Counted from the stretch's first letter, positions 9,649 through 19,791 are shown. The stretch is DNA of 64,000 nucleotides from Candidatus Woesearchaeota archaeon (GCA_030670545.1 DAOVBM010000003.1:1765-65764), one strand, 5' to 3'. Numbers and translations are program-made. Notes: generated by a model not told the origin, from the letters alone.

Positions 9649-10494
9649 CTAAGATTTTAACTCTTTTATTTTATCAAGAACTAATAATCTTTTCTCAGCA
9701 GGTATACTTGATCTAAACACACTCCAAAAATATCTTTCTAACCAGTTTGTCCAGGATTCATTTTTAAATTCATAAAAAAATGTTCCTACTTTCTTAAGCT
9801 CTCCTTTTTGAGAGGAAAAAGCTGGTTCTTTTAATCTGACAATTTTTCCATCAACTATAAAACTTCTTAGTGGATGTTCTTCATGCCTAATCTCAATACT
9901 ATCATAACCAAGTTTATAATTAATATTAAGAAGTTTACCAATCCTTTCTTTTGTACTTTGATCTACCCTTGCAATGATTTTTATCATAATCTTATCTTTT
10001 GCAAGTTGTTCAATAATCTCTAAAATAGTTGTTTTTCCTATTTTGAGATCAACCCAGGATAGATCTCCTGAAAACATCAATAAATTATTTGAAGTTTGTT
10101 TAAAAAATTTTAATAAGCTTTCTGTCACTTTATCAGTTGGTAATTTAATTGATTTGAAATAAGATGTTACTTCCTCTTCTGGCAAAAACTGGATTATATC
10201 TAACGGACTAAAATCCTGGCTTCTTCTTCCAGATTCAATTTTTTTCAAGATTCTTTTTTGAGCGTTTGAAATATGGACATTCACATCTGGTTGAATAAAT
10301 ACAATTTTGAATGCAACTCTGGGCCCTCTCTTGAATTCTTTAGTGCTTAACAGTCCCTCTTCTTCCATTTTAGAGATATAGTTATCTATTGTTCTCCAAT
10401 TTTTACTAAGTTTGAATGCTAACTCCTGAATAGAACATGGAGCAACAGTTAATATCTCTAATAATTTTCTTTTGATTTCTATTGTCAAGGCCAT
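9649..10494 (-). CDS. winged-HTH transcriptional regulator with TrmB/PLD-like C-terminal domain
   Basis: N-terminal SIQELAFKLSKNWRTIDNYISKM helix-turn-helix; C-terminal IRHEEHPLRSFIVDGK; ATG at 10494 preferred over the TTG start. Confidence 0.6.
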   Translation of the reverse strand: MALTIEIKRKLLEILTVAPCSIQELAFKLSKNWRTIDNYISKMEEEGLLSTKEFKRGPRVAFKIVFIQPDVNVHISNAQKRILKKIESGRRSQDFSPLDIIQFLPEEEVTSYFKSIKLPTDKVTESLLKFFKQTSNNLLMFSGDLSWVDLKIGKTTILEIIEQLAKDKIMIKIIARVDQSTKERIGKLLNINYKLGYDSIEIRHEEHPLRSFIVDGKIVRLKEPAFSSQKGELKKVGTFFYEFKNESWTNWLERYFWSVFRSSIPAEKRLLVLDKIKELKS

Positions 10495-10533
10495 ATAGGG
10501 TGTGGGTAATCTTTTATTTATAAATATTTCGTA

Positions 10534-10556
10534 AATATACAATTAAGTTGTATATT
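10534..10556. promoter_or_regulatory. putative operator (9-bp inverted repeat) in a divergent promoter
   Basis: AATATACAA-ttaag-TTGTATATT between the HTH regulator and the divergent ORF at 10625. Confidence 0.4.
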
Positions 10557-10624
10557 TTCTACTACAAACTATTAAATAAAAGTATGAACTAATAGATATT
10601 TATAATAATTGGAGGTTTATTAAA

Positions 10625-11224
10625 ATGACAGATATTTGGGATCTTTCAGACAATAAAAAAGATTTTAAACCAAAGAAAGAAAAGGACACTATTGAAGATA
10701 ATTTCAATAGTTTTCAATTGATTCAACAAAAGAAGTTTATGCAACTTGTACAAGAGGAAATTAAATTAAGATTTGGTGATCTTCCCAAATCAGGTTATGG
10801 TGCTTCGTATTGCTGTGTGAGTCAGGGACATTATGATGGGCCAATAACCCAATTTCAAGACCAAATCTTTCGTTTAGAATCCTCCGCCAAAGGGATTGAG
10901 TGGGGATTAATAAATTATTTAGAAAAAATTCCTTTAAAGTTGGAACCTAATGTGCAGCATATTTTAACTCCTATATGCCTGTTAATGAAAGAACCACCAT
11001 TAAACTGGGAGCAACAAATAGCTGCTGAAGACATTGCAATACCTAAAGTGAGGGGATATATTTTAATTGAAAAGAGTGATGATAAAATCTACGGATTGTT
11101 GACAACAAAAAGCTTTGAACATGTTTACGATGAGATTAAAGTAGGCATTTCAAATATTCCAAAATTAAAAGGATTGAAATTAGAAGATGCAATCAACAAA
11201 TTATTTGACAACTATAATAAATAG
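10625..11224 (+). CDS. hypothetical protein
   Basis: 199-aa ORF with GGAGG Shine-Dalgarno; no recognised motif. Confidence 0.7.
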   Translation: MTDIWDLSDNKKDFKPKKEKDTIEDNFNSFQLIQQKKFMQLVQEEIKLRFGDLPKSGYGASYCCVSQGHYDGPITQFQDQIFRLESSAKGIEWGLINYLEKIPLKLEPNVQHILTPICLLMKEPPLNWEQQIAAEDIAIPKVRGYILIEKSDDKIYGLLTTKSFEHVYDEIKVGISNIPKLKGLKLEDAINKLFDNYNK

Positions 11225-11228
11225 ATGG

Positions 11229-11303
11229 ATAAAAGAAATGCTGCTGCAGAACTTTACTGGTGAGATAAATGATAGGCATAATCCTGAAAGTTTCTTGTAT
11301 TGA
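11229..11303 (+). pseudogene. diverged duplicate of the gatD 3' end (att-like scar)
   Basis: translates IKEMLLQNFTGEINDRHNPESFLY*, versus GatD end VRKIMLENVAGEINDRHKPESFLY*. Confidence 0.85.
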
Positions 11304-11342
11304 ACCAAAAGTTTTATATACTACTCCCCAGTCATAATAGTT

Positions 11343-11687
11343 ATGAAATATATTAAATTAAAAAAATCAAAGGAACTAAGTTTAGGTTATAACACAAGAG
11401 ATATCAATTTGACTAAGTTGATTCTGGAAAGTGAATCAGGCAAACCTATCAGAATAGAATATAATCTTATCAATAAAACCAAACACACTCAATTTGGTTT
11501 TCCTTATACTGTACTTGTCCTTAAGTATTCAAACGGTATTGCAGCATGCAAAAGAAGCATAACATTTGTCAAAAGCCGCAATGGAAATAATTCACAGGAT
11601 GTTGCAAAAGCTAGTCTGGATACGCATCTGAATAATCTCGATAATTATATAAGCAGGCTGAACAGATATAGAGTAATAAAGGCTTAG
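11343..11687 (+). CDS. hypothetical protein
   Basis: 114-aa ORF preceded by a TTTTATA TATA-like box. Confidence 0.55.
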   Translation: MKYIKLKKSKELSLGYNTRDINLTKLILESESGKPIRIEYNLINKTKHTQFGFPYTVLVLKYSNGIAACKRSITFVKSRNGNNSQDVAKASLDTHLNNLDNYISRLNRYRVIKA

Positions 11688-11699
11688 GATATCATGAAC

Positions 11700-12632
11700 C
11701 TATTTATTGTTTAAGATAGAATTTATCAGTGCTTGTAATCTTTCTGGGGAGAGTTTACTTCCAGTTTCTCTTGGAGAACCTCCAATTGTATCACTGCCCC
11801 CCCATCTATTATTTTCGTGTACAATTTTTCTTTCTTCTTCGTTAAGTCCTGAATATAATTTAAGAATATCAAAAGGAGCCCACACAGACCTTCTACCTAA
11901 AACATAAACAAATGAACCATCAGGTTTTTCTGCCACTAAGGTCGCAAAAGCAGTTATTCCCTCATTATACATAGCCATTCTTGAAGCATGTCCTGTTTCT
12001 CTCGTTAAAGTCCAACCATTGCCACCGCCAATCTTTTCATAATTACCATCAAGGGCAAGTTCACTGCCTTCTCCAAATATATGAGCATTTATTCTACTCT
12101 CAACAGACTCTATTACATTTCGCATTTCTGCTTCTTCCATTTGAGCAACCCTTCCATCAAAACGAGCTTGATTGTATGGTTCAAATATCCATGCCATTTT
12201 TCTTCTCATTGAAGTGTCACCAAAAGGATATGCTCCAGCTGTGCAATCAAGCCTATCCTCACAATAAACAAGACGATTGATTCTTGGCTCAGCATGATTT
12301 TTAATTAATTCATGATTTTTTAGCAGCCACCAGGCAAGACACGTATCCTCATCAGGATCATTAACATAGATATTAGCTTCTGGGACTCCATCTTTTTTAA
12401 ATGTGTCAAATAAACCCATATTTATCTCCATATGTACTTGCTCTGAAGTAGAACGAGTTGCAAATCTATCTGCTTTCGAGTGATGATCAAAATTAGCATA
12501 AGGTCCTTTTGGGTCTCTTCGAGTAGCAGAATTTACAAAACCATCTAGAGCGATAGAATAAGGAGGGGCTTTTTTCTTAAAATCACTCCAACTGTATACC
12601 CTTCTTGGTTCAACATGTAATCCCACTGCCAT
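11700..12632 (-). CDS. DHH-like phosphoesterase family protein
   Basis: ALDG, NFDHH, NDPDED and C-terminal WGGSDTIGGSPR motifs. Confidence 0.6.
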   Translation of the reverse strand: MAVGLHVEPRRVYSWSDFKKKAPPYSIALDGFVNSATRRDPKGPYANFDHHSKADRFATRSTSEQVHMEINMGLFDTFKKDGVPEANIYVNDPDEDTCLAWWLLKNHELIKNHAEPRINRLVYCEDRLDCTAGAYPFGDTSMRRKMAWIFEPYNQARFDGRVAQMEEAEMRNVIESVESRINAHIFGEGSELALDGNYEKIGGGNGWTLTRETGHASRMAMYNEGITAFATLVAEKPDGSFVYVLGRRSVWAPFDILKLYSGLNEEERKIVHENNRWGGSDTIGGSPRETGSKLSPERLQALINSILNNK

Positions 12633-12793
12633 TTAGTATGTTGTTACTTAGGACTTTATAAACCTTTGGATTTAGTTACTACTTATGAGTTAATATCTGG
12701 TGTTAATCACATTTAAATACGCACAAGGATTCTCATTGAATAAGGATACACAAAATACACAAAAAGCTTTTATTAATAGAATAAAACACAATT

Positions 12794-14149
12794 ATGAAAA
12801 TGGAATATCTGTTGGATAAGATAAGATTTGAGGGGATTGAATCTGGGGATTATGAACAAAAGCTGCAAGTATGCACACCACAATTTAAGAGTTTCAATTA
12901 TAGGGAGAGTTGCGGAATAAAAAAGAGTCTTATTGGAACAAAACGCACTCTGGACACAACATATATGTCGCATGCAGTTAAGATTAAAGCAAATGTGAGA
13001 AGCATATTAGAGAGTGAACAAACCCCTGGACAAAAATCCAAACCACTAGACATAGAAAGGCTGGAAGAAGTGCTTTCATCATCCTATAATGTAAATGTCG
13101 CTATTGCAAGCGTAAATGACATTCCTGTTACAAGAAAAAAAGTCAGGGAGGTATACTTTATAAGAGATGATGACCCTGAGAAGCTGTATAAGGTATGGGT
13201 CTTCAAGGCTGACCCTGTCGCCACCCTTAAAGAACTCACTGTTTATCATATAATATACAAACAGGGCATCCCTACAGGAAAGCCTATTGGTTACAAGCCT
13301 TCTGAATCAGACACAACATATCCCTATGATATAGCTATCCTCGGTGGGATAGTTGAAAACGCAGGGGATTCATATAATGGGGTTCTAAGGAATATGAGGA
13401 TGCTTCCTGATAAGATATTCCAGACTGCCAAAGACATAGCAGAAATAATTGCAGACTATCACATTAAACTGACTCATGCAAAGGGTGAGTTTGCAAGATA
13501 TGGGATTGACTTACATGAGGCAGATACTGGAAGAGAAATAAGAGAAAGGTTTATTGCAGGACTTGGGATTGAAGAGAAATTAGGACACAGTCTGATAGAT
13601 GCATGCATAGGATTGCAAAGCACCCAGAGTGGACTGAATGTGGTTTCTCATGAAGACATAAATGAAAAGAACATTGTATCTGTCAAGAGCGGAGATGCAA
13701 TATTGTATAGAAAATTTGGAGTCATTGACTGGGCATCAATTGCAATCAACAACCCGTTTAGCGACCTTCGCGATTTCTGGATACATCACAAGAGGCAGGC
13801 ATTGAACATCTGCAGCGAATATGATTTCAGTTTTGAAGAGTTTGTTGAATCTTATGCAGAGCGATTTCAGAAGGAAAAAGGAAAGCATAAGATGGATTTT
13901 GACAAGAACAAGCTAAGGACAGACTCATTAGTGCAGTCTGTTCTCTGGAATATCTATGAGATGTATGATCCTGTAAGGGACAACCCAGAAGACATTAAAG
14001 ATAAAGCAGTAATTCACTGCCAGGCTTTATGGGATGACCTAATGCAGATTGAGGCTTTTGGCAATAAGGCCCATGCAGGCAGGATAAAAAAAGAACTAAA
14101 AATCCTCTTAAAAGATAAGCCTTATCTGCATTCTGTACTGAACTCATAA
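12794..14149 (+). CDS. APH/choline-kinase-like phosphotransferase
   Basis: WVFK lysine, HEDINEKN catalytic loop and IDW metal-binding motif. Confidence 0.65.
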   Translation: MKMEYLLDKIRFEGIESGDYEQKLQVCTPQFKSFNYRESCGIKKSLIGTKRTLDTTYMSHAVKIKANVRSILESEQTPGQKSKPLDIERLEEVLSSSYNVNVAIASVNDIPVTRKKVREVYFIRDDDPEKLYKVWVFKADPVATLKELTVYHIIYKQGIPTGKPIGYKPSESDTTYPYDIAILGGIVENAGDSYNGVLRNMRMLPDKIFQTAKDIAEIIADYHIKLTHAKGEFARYGIDLHEADTGREIRERFIAGLGIEEKLGHSLIDACIGLQSTQSGLNVVSHEDINEKNIVSVKSGDAILYRKFGVIDWASIAINNPFSDLRDFWIHHKRQALNICSEYDFSFEEFVESYAERFQKEKGKHKMDFDKNKLRTDSLVQSVLWNIYEMYDPVRDNPEDIKDKAVIHCQALWDDLMQIEAFGNKAHAGRIKKELKILLKDKPYLHSVLNS

Positions 14150-15049
14150 TACCAAAGCAAAATACCCGCCAGCGCCATCATATGTTTTCTGGACAATATT
14201 TATCATGTGATGGAGAAATCTGGAATTTATGCCTTTTGATTTTTCCAGTTTTGAATAATATTTATCAAGAAGATTCTTTCTGTCGAGATATATCTTCTTT
14301 TTTAATCCTGTATCAAATTTATAGAACATATTATAGAAGACCATATAGTAGTCAACTGCATCTGCGAAATTATTGAGCATATCTTTATCAATCTTTTTGC
14401 TGCAACCTGAAAAAAGGTCACATATATACTTGAATTCATCAGCTATCCTTTCAATGTTCTTGACTATCTCATATATCTGCATTGTCCTTTTTGGTATCTT
14501 ATACCCTTTCTTATTCAGGATTCTTATGCATACATCTGTAAACTTATTATTTAAAGATTCCATATTCCTGATTTCCTTCAGTTTTTCATAATGGCTTTTT
14601 TTCAGAATGTCAAGGATGCATTTTGCCATCTCATTTGTGATCTGGAATGATTTCCTCAATAATGTGTCAAATTCAGATTCTATTGTTGTAGCTATGCTCT
14701 TGATATAGACCATATTGTCCTTCTGGTCTATGATCTCAAATCCTATGCAATTAGGCAGCCTTTTCTTTATCTCCTCCAGCACATTGCTTTCATCAAAGCG
14801 CACCTCAATCTCATCATATCCCAGCTGGTAGAGATGTGAGAGATTATTCTTGGTGAATATGCCTGATTCTGTGATTGATACCTCTTTTTTCGGAGAAGCG
14901 ATTTCCTGTTCTGTGGTGAGCATGAGCATAGGTCCTGCTTCTTCAATGTTCAGCTCACCGCCTTTTTTGAGATTAAATTTCTCAACCCATTTTATAGGCA
15001 GTGTTATTGTCAATGAACTGCTGCCATGCCTGACAATCCTGCGTTTCAT
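14144..15049 (-). CDS. AbrB-PhoU phosphate uptake regulator family protein
   Basis: N-terminal SSLTITLPIKWVEKFNLKKG; GFEIIDQ; KNIERIADE PhoU motif. Confidence 0.85.
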   Translation of the reverse strand: MKRRIVRHGSSSLTITLPIKWVEKFNLKKGGELNIEEAGPMLMLTTEQEIASPKKEVSITESGIFTKNNLSHLYQLGYDEIEVRFDESNVLEEIKKRLPNCIGFEIIDQKDNMVYIKSIATTIESEFDTLLRKSFQITNEMAKCILDILKKSHYEKLKEIRNMESLNNKFTDVCIRILNKKGYKIPKRTMQIYEIVKNIERIADEFKYICDLFSGCSKKIDKDMLNNFADAVDYYMVFYNMFYKFDTGLKKKIYLDRKNLLDKYYSKLEKSKGINSRFLHHMINIVQKTYDGAGGYFALVL

Positions 15050-15212
15050 GATAATGAGAAATACAAAATATTATTTAAATCTTTCTAAAATAAACAATGA
15101 TGAATAAAATACACAATTGTTTACCTTTGTGGTTATTACACTGGTTAGATATATCTTTTTCTGGCTCTTTTCAAGAATAAAGGCGAAGATAAGGCCTTTG
15201 GAGGGATAAAAG

Positions 15213-16232
15213 ATGAAAGAAATCAGTGATTATATTCACAGACTAAAGATAGGAAATATAAAGAAGTACAAGAACATGGCAGTTGCGCCTTTGCTTGAAG
15301 CTGACAGCAAACTTGAATATATTGTCTTTGACGAAGCAGTAAATTCCGGATTAAGGGTGAGCGAAACAGGAAGTGTGCCTACGCTTCATTTCAGTAATAA
15401 GACAGGGAAGGAGATTCTTATTCTCCAGGGAGAATATGTTGAAGGCGGAAAACAGAACAGGATGGTAGCAGCTAATGTGTATATGGCAAAAGCTTTTGAA
15501 GGAGATGTGCCTGTAAACTGCGTGGAAGAGCACAGGTGGAGCACAGGATATGATTCTCTAAATATAGGCCTAAATATAGAGGATCCCTTTAGACCAGGGT
15601 TCAGAAACCCCCCAAGGCAGCGAAGGCGGCAGGATGACAGGTTTTACTCCAGCATGAGAATGGCGACAAAAGGAGTATGTTCTGCCTCATCCAGAGGCCA
15701 GGGAGAAGTATGGGGTCAGGTAAACAAACTTATAGGGGATCACAAAGTATCATCAAGGACAGGCAATATAAATGATGTATTCAACCATAAGCAGGATGAG
15801 CTAAGTGATTATGTCTCGAATTTCCAATATACCCCTGGTGCTGTAGGCATTGTTGTTGCAATTGAACAGGATGGCAAAAAGATATATGGAACAGATATAT
15901 TTGATCAAAGTACGACAATGGAAAAAAACTTCAGCAAGCTTTTAGAGAGCTATATTCTTGAAGCAGTAAGTAGTGGCAGCAGCATAAGGCAGACAAAGAA
16001 GGAAATCAGCGCATTCCTGGGTTATATTAACAATATAAAATTTAACGAGAGGAAGCCTGTAAGCCTGGGAAGGGATTTTCTGCTAAACGGAGATAAGATA
16101 GAAGGCTCTGCCTTAGTCTATGAAAGCACACCTGTATATGTTTCATTCAGCACAAGAACTGAAGGACCTGTAGACATATTTCCAGGAATAAGCAACCATA
16201 TCAGGACAGGACTGCACAGGAGATTTTGCTGA
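15213..16232 (+). CDS. ARPP-1 (DUF6569-like) family protein
   Basis: SETGSVPTL, LILQGEYVEGGKQNR, PVNCVEEHRW and QGEVW motifs. Confidence 0.7.
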   Translation: MKEISDYIHRLKIGNIKKYKNMAVAPLLEADSKLEYIVFDEAVNSGLRVSETGSVPTLHFSNKTGKEILILQGEYVEGGKQNRMVAANVYMAKAFEGDVPVNCVEEHRWSTGYDSLNIGLNIEDPFRPGFRNPPRQRRRQDDRFYSSMRMATKGVCSASSRGQGEVWGQVNKLIGDHKVSSRTGNINDVFNHKQDELSDYVSNFQYTPGAVGIVVAIEQDGKKIYGTDIFDQSTTMEKNFSKLLESYILEAVSSGSSIRQTKKEISAFLGYINNIKFNERKPVSLGRDFLLNGDKIEGSALVYESTPVYVSFSTRTEGPVDIFPGISNHIRTGLHRRFC

Positions 16233-16252
16233 TTGTATATTGCTTGTTTAAG

Positions 16253-16858
16253 ATGGTTAAAGCAATTATATTTGACCTGTGGAACACTCTTGCTGCAAAG
16301 CAGATAAGCATCTCTACAGCATTAAGAGACCATTTCTGCATAAATGTCCCAGACTATCTTCCAGGATATGAGAAGACCATGCAGTTAAGGAAATGGGAAA
16401 GTATTGAGGATCTGGCAGAAAACTTTCTGGATTCCTTTGCTCTTCCTTTATCTGGAGCAAATATCACTTTTATAACAAAAACCTTCAATAAAGGTGTTGA
16501 GAGCGCTGTACTTTATGCAGAAGCAATAGAACTGCTTGAAGATCTGAGTCAGACATGCAAATTAGCTGTACTTTCCAATACAACAGTTTTTGAAGTGATT
16601 AAGGAAAGATGGGGTATAACCCATTTGTTTGACCAGATATCTTACTCATGGAAAACAGGTTTTCTAAAACCAGAAAAGCAGGCATTCATTTCAATGTGCG
16701 TAAGGTTAGGTGTCAAGCCTGAAGACTGCATATTCATAGACGACACTCAAATGAATGTGACTGCTGCAAAGGATTTAGGCATGAATGCTTTGCAATATAA
16801 AAGTATGGACCAGCTTAGAAAAGATCTGAGGGGATTTTTAGGTGAGGATAGCTGTTGA
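16253..16858 (+). CDS. HAD-superfamily phosphatase (subfamily IA)
   Basis: FDLWNTL, LSNT, KP and FIDD motifs. Confidence 0.88.
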   Translation: MVKAIIFDLWNTLAAKQISISTALRDHFCINVPDYLPGYEKTMQLRKWESIEDLAENFLDSFALPLSGANITFITKTFNKGVESAVLYAEAIELLEDLSQTCKLAVLSNTTVFEVIKERWGITHLFDQISYSWKTGFLKPEKQAFISMCVRLGVKPEDCIFIDDTQMNVTAAKDLGMNALQYKSMDQLRKDLRGFLGEDSC

Positions 16859-17042
16859 CAGTTTTAGAATCCTCTTTTGATCCTCATCGATATCTGAGAG
16901 ATAAAGGGAGATGGGAAGGCTTGGCAGATTCAAGTGTATGATATATTCCAGGACATAGATTGCAAATAAAATTAGGTTAGCGATAAGCTTATATACTTTT
17001 ATGGTTATATAATTATAATTCTGTAATTGCAATAAACTTACA

Positions 17043-17687
17043 ATGCCAAGATTAATCTGCTTTGATATGGATGGTGTAATATTTGAACATACTAATGTAT
17101 GGCTTGAACTTCACAAAAAGTATGGCACTTTGGAAGAAGGTATTGAATTGACAAAAAAATATCTCAAGACTAATTATGCCAAGTTGGTTGAAGAAGTTGT
17201 TGGCAGACTGTGGAAAGGGAAGCCAGAATCAAAATTCCTTGAGCTGCTTAATTCTATTAGATATATAGATGGAACTAAAGAGCTGTTCAGCTGGCTGAAG
17301 AAGAAAGGCTATAAGATTGCAATAATCAGCTCTGGACCAAAGAGGTTGGCTGCAAAAGCGCAAAGAGAATTAGGTGTAGATTATATATACACAAATGAAT
17401 TAATTTTTAAAGATGGAAAAGCTACAGGAGACTTCAAGTGGCCTATAGCTGCAGGAAGGAAAGCTGTTGTATTAAGAAAGCTATGCCAGGAACATAATAT
17501 AGATTTCAAAGACTGTATCGTAGTAGGCCATGACCATGCAGACATTAAGATGGCAAAGACAGCAGGCTTTGCTATAGGTTTTTGCCCTGAAGATGAAGAG
17601 TTAAAGAGATACTGTAGTGTAATAGTTGACAAAAAGGATTTGAGGGAGTTGATTCCGATTATTGAAAATTTTCAATCCCAAATATAA
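17043..17687 (+). CDS. HAD phosphatase, phosphoserine phosphatase (SerB)-like
   Basis: FDMDGV, IISSG, YTNEL, VGHDHAD. Confidence 0.8.
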   Translation: MPRLICFDMDGVIFEHTNVWLELHKKYGTLEEGIELTKKYLKTNYAKLVEEVVGRLWKGKPESKFLELLNSIRYIDGTKELFSWLKKKGYKIAIISSGPKRLAAKAQRELGVDYIYTNELIFKDGKATGDFKWPIAAGRKAVVLRKLCQEHNIDFKDCIVVGHDHADIKMAKTAGFAIGFCPEDEELKRYCSVIVDKKDLRELIPIIENFQSQI

Positions 17688-17689
17688 AA

Positions 17690-17938
17690 ATGATACCAAT
17701 CAAAGACCTTCTCAACAAGCTCAAGTGGGACAAGAGGTATAAGCCAGATGAATACACAATATATTATCACGACAGGTTCAGGGATGAGATGATTCCTGTT
17801 GATTACAGCTCAATTAAAGGATTAGAAGGCAGCTTCATGATAATCGAAAGGGATGGCGATGAAGTGAGCATACCATTGCACAGGGTTAATAAGGTTATGA
17901 AAGGAAGGATGCTTGTGTGGAGAAGAAAGAAAAACTAA
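17690..17938 (+). CDS. DUF504/UPF0248 family protein
   Basis: LLNKLKWD...IPLHRV...VWRR signature. Confidence 0.85.
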   Translation: MIPIKDLLNKLKWDKRYKPDEYTIYYHDRFRDEMIPVDYSSIKGLEGSFMIIERDGDEVSIPLHRVNKVMKGRMLVWRRKKN

Positions 17939-17972
17939 AGATATAAATATACCTTTTATTTATTCTAAAAAT

Positions 17973-19403
17973 ATGGCAGATAAAATCGATTATCATAAGA
18001 TTGGCTTTAAATGCGGAATAGAGATTCACCAGCAGCTTGACACTCATAAGCTGTTCTGCAACTGCTCTTCAGCAATTAACAATAATAATAATCCTGATAT
18101 TGTTTTCACAAGAAGACTCAGACCTGTCGCTGGAGAGACTGGAGAGATTGATGCTGCTGCTATGCATGAGGTTCTCAAAGGAAAATATTATGCTTATGAG
18201 GCATGTTCTACAAGCTGCTGCCTTGTTGAAATGGATGAAGAGCCTCCGCATCAAATAAACAAAGAAGCTCTAAACATAGTTCTTGAAGTTTCAAAACACC
18301 TTAATGCTAAAATTGTTGATGAGATACAGGTAATGAGAAAGACTGTAATAGATGGCTCTAATGTTTCTGGATTCCAGAGAACTGCCTTAGTAGGATATAA
18401 TGGACATATAGAGACATCAAAAGGAAAAGTAAGAATACCTCTTATCTGCCTTGAAGAAGAAGCAGCTCAGAAAAAAGAGGAAACAAATAAATATACAAGG
18501 TATAGGCTTGATAGATTAGGGATTCCGCTAATTGAGATAGCAACAGACCCAGATATAAAAGATCCAGAACATGCAAAAGAAGTTGCTGAAAAATTAGGCA
18601 TGATCTTAAGAAGCACTAAAGTCAAGCGAGGAATCGGCACAATCAGGCAGGATGTCAATATTTCAATAAAAGGCGGAGCAAGGACAGAGATTAAAGGATT
18701 CCAGGATCTTAAGTCAATATCTAAAGTTATTGAAAAAGAAGTTGAAAGGCAATTCAAGTTAATCAAAAAAGGAGATAAGATAAAGCAGGAAGTAAGGAAA
18801 GCTGAGCCTGATTTTTCAACATCATTTTTAAGACCTATGCCTGGAGCAGCAAGAATGTATCCTGAAACTGATGTTTTGCCAATAAAAGTTTCTTGTAAAG
18901 AGATTGAAATTTCAGAGCTTATTGAAGACAAAATAAAAAGATACATTAAAAAATATAATCTTGGAACAGATCTTGCAAAAATCCTCGCTAAATCACAAAA
19001 ATCTGAATTATTTGATAAAGCAGCAACTAATTTTAAAAACATTAAACCAGCGTTTATTGCAGAAACAATTGTCTCTGCTCCCAGGGAGATAAGGAGAAAG
19101 CACAACATTAATGTATCAGACATTCCTGACAAAGGCATGATGGAAATCTTATCTTATATTGATAAAGGAGAGATTTCAAAAGATGTTATTCTTGATGTTA
19201 TGATAGATTATGCAAAAGGAGAATTTGACATCAATAAATACAAAGGAATAACTGATAAAGAGCTTGAAAAAGATGTAAAACAGATAATTGAAGAAAACAA
19301 GGGAGCTCCTGTCGGAGCATTGATGGGAAAGATTATGGCAAAGCATCGTGGAAAGGTTGACGGCAGAAAAGTGATGCAGATGCTTAATAAATTCATAAGA
19401 TAG
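17973..19403 (+). CDS. gatE: glutamyl-tRNA(Gln) amidotransferase subunit E, short form
   Basis: GIEIHQQL, DEEPPH, DGSNVSGFQRT, RLDRLGIPLIEI, GTIRQDVN and PGAARMYPETD; AspRS-like insertion absent. Confidence 0.93.
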   Translation: MADKIDYHKIGFKCGIEIHQQLDTHKLFCNCSSAINNNNNPDIVFTRRLRPVAGETGEIDAAAMHEVLKGKYYAYEACSTSCCLVEMDEEPPHQINKEALNIVLEVSKHLNAKIVDEIQVMRKTVIDGSNVSGFQRTALVGYNGHIETSKGKVRIPLICLEEEAAQKKEETNKYTRYRLDRLGIPLIEIATDPDIKDPEHAKEVAEKLGMILRSTKVKRGIGTIRQDVNISIKGGARTEIKGFQDLKSISKVIEKEVERQFKLIKKGDKIKQEVRKAEPDFSTSFLRPMPGAARMYPETDVLPIKVSCKEIEISELIEDKIKRYIKKYNLGTDLAKILAKSQKSELFDKAATNFKNIKPAFIAETIVSAPREIRRKHNINVSDIPDKGMMEILSYIDKGEISKDVILDVMIDYAKGEFDINKYKGITDKELEKDVKQIIEENKGAPVGALMGKIMAKHRGKVDGRKVMQMLNKFIR

Positions 19404-19418
19404 AAAAGAGGTGGAAAT

Positions 19419-19604
19419 ATGAGCATAGAAGACAAGACCAAAACTGATAAAGATGCAGGATGGGCTGAAGAGAGAAAGTTTGAGCATAATCCTAACGAGA
19501 GATGTATAAATACCTACGATAATCCAACTTTTCTTCTTAAGATGTCCTCAGTTTACATGCAATATATTCCTGCAATGTATGATATTGCAGGGATTCTAAT
19601 CTAG
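19419..19604 (+). CDS. small hypothetical protein
   Basis: 61-aa ORF with GAGGTG Shine-Dalgarno upstream. Confidence 0.4.
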   Translation: MSIEDKTKTDKDAGWAEERKFEHNPNERCINTYDNPTFLLKMSSVYMQYIPAMYDIAGILI

Positions 19605-19611
19605 GCTAAAA

Positions 19612-19791
19612 ATGAATCAATGGAATGAGATATATAAAAAAGAGGGAACTAATTACGGATATTATAATATTCTAGAGCCTCATAAGGATATGCCAAAGGT
19701 GGCCAGGTTTTTTAAGAAACAAGGAGTCAAAAAAGTTCTTGATCTTGGATGCGGTGCAGGAAGAAACCTCATCTATTTCAGCACTTCATAG
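19612..19791 (+). pseudogene. truncated class I SAM-dependent methyltransferase (N-terminal 59 aa)
   Basis: own translation: MNQWNEIYKK...KKVLDLGCGAGRNLIYFSTS*; motif I is intact, then the frame runs into the convergent DUF58 gene end. Confidence 0.75.
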
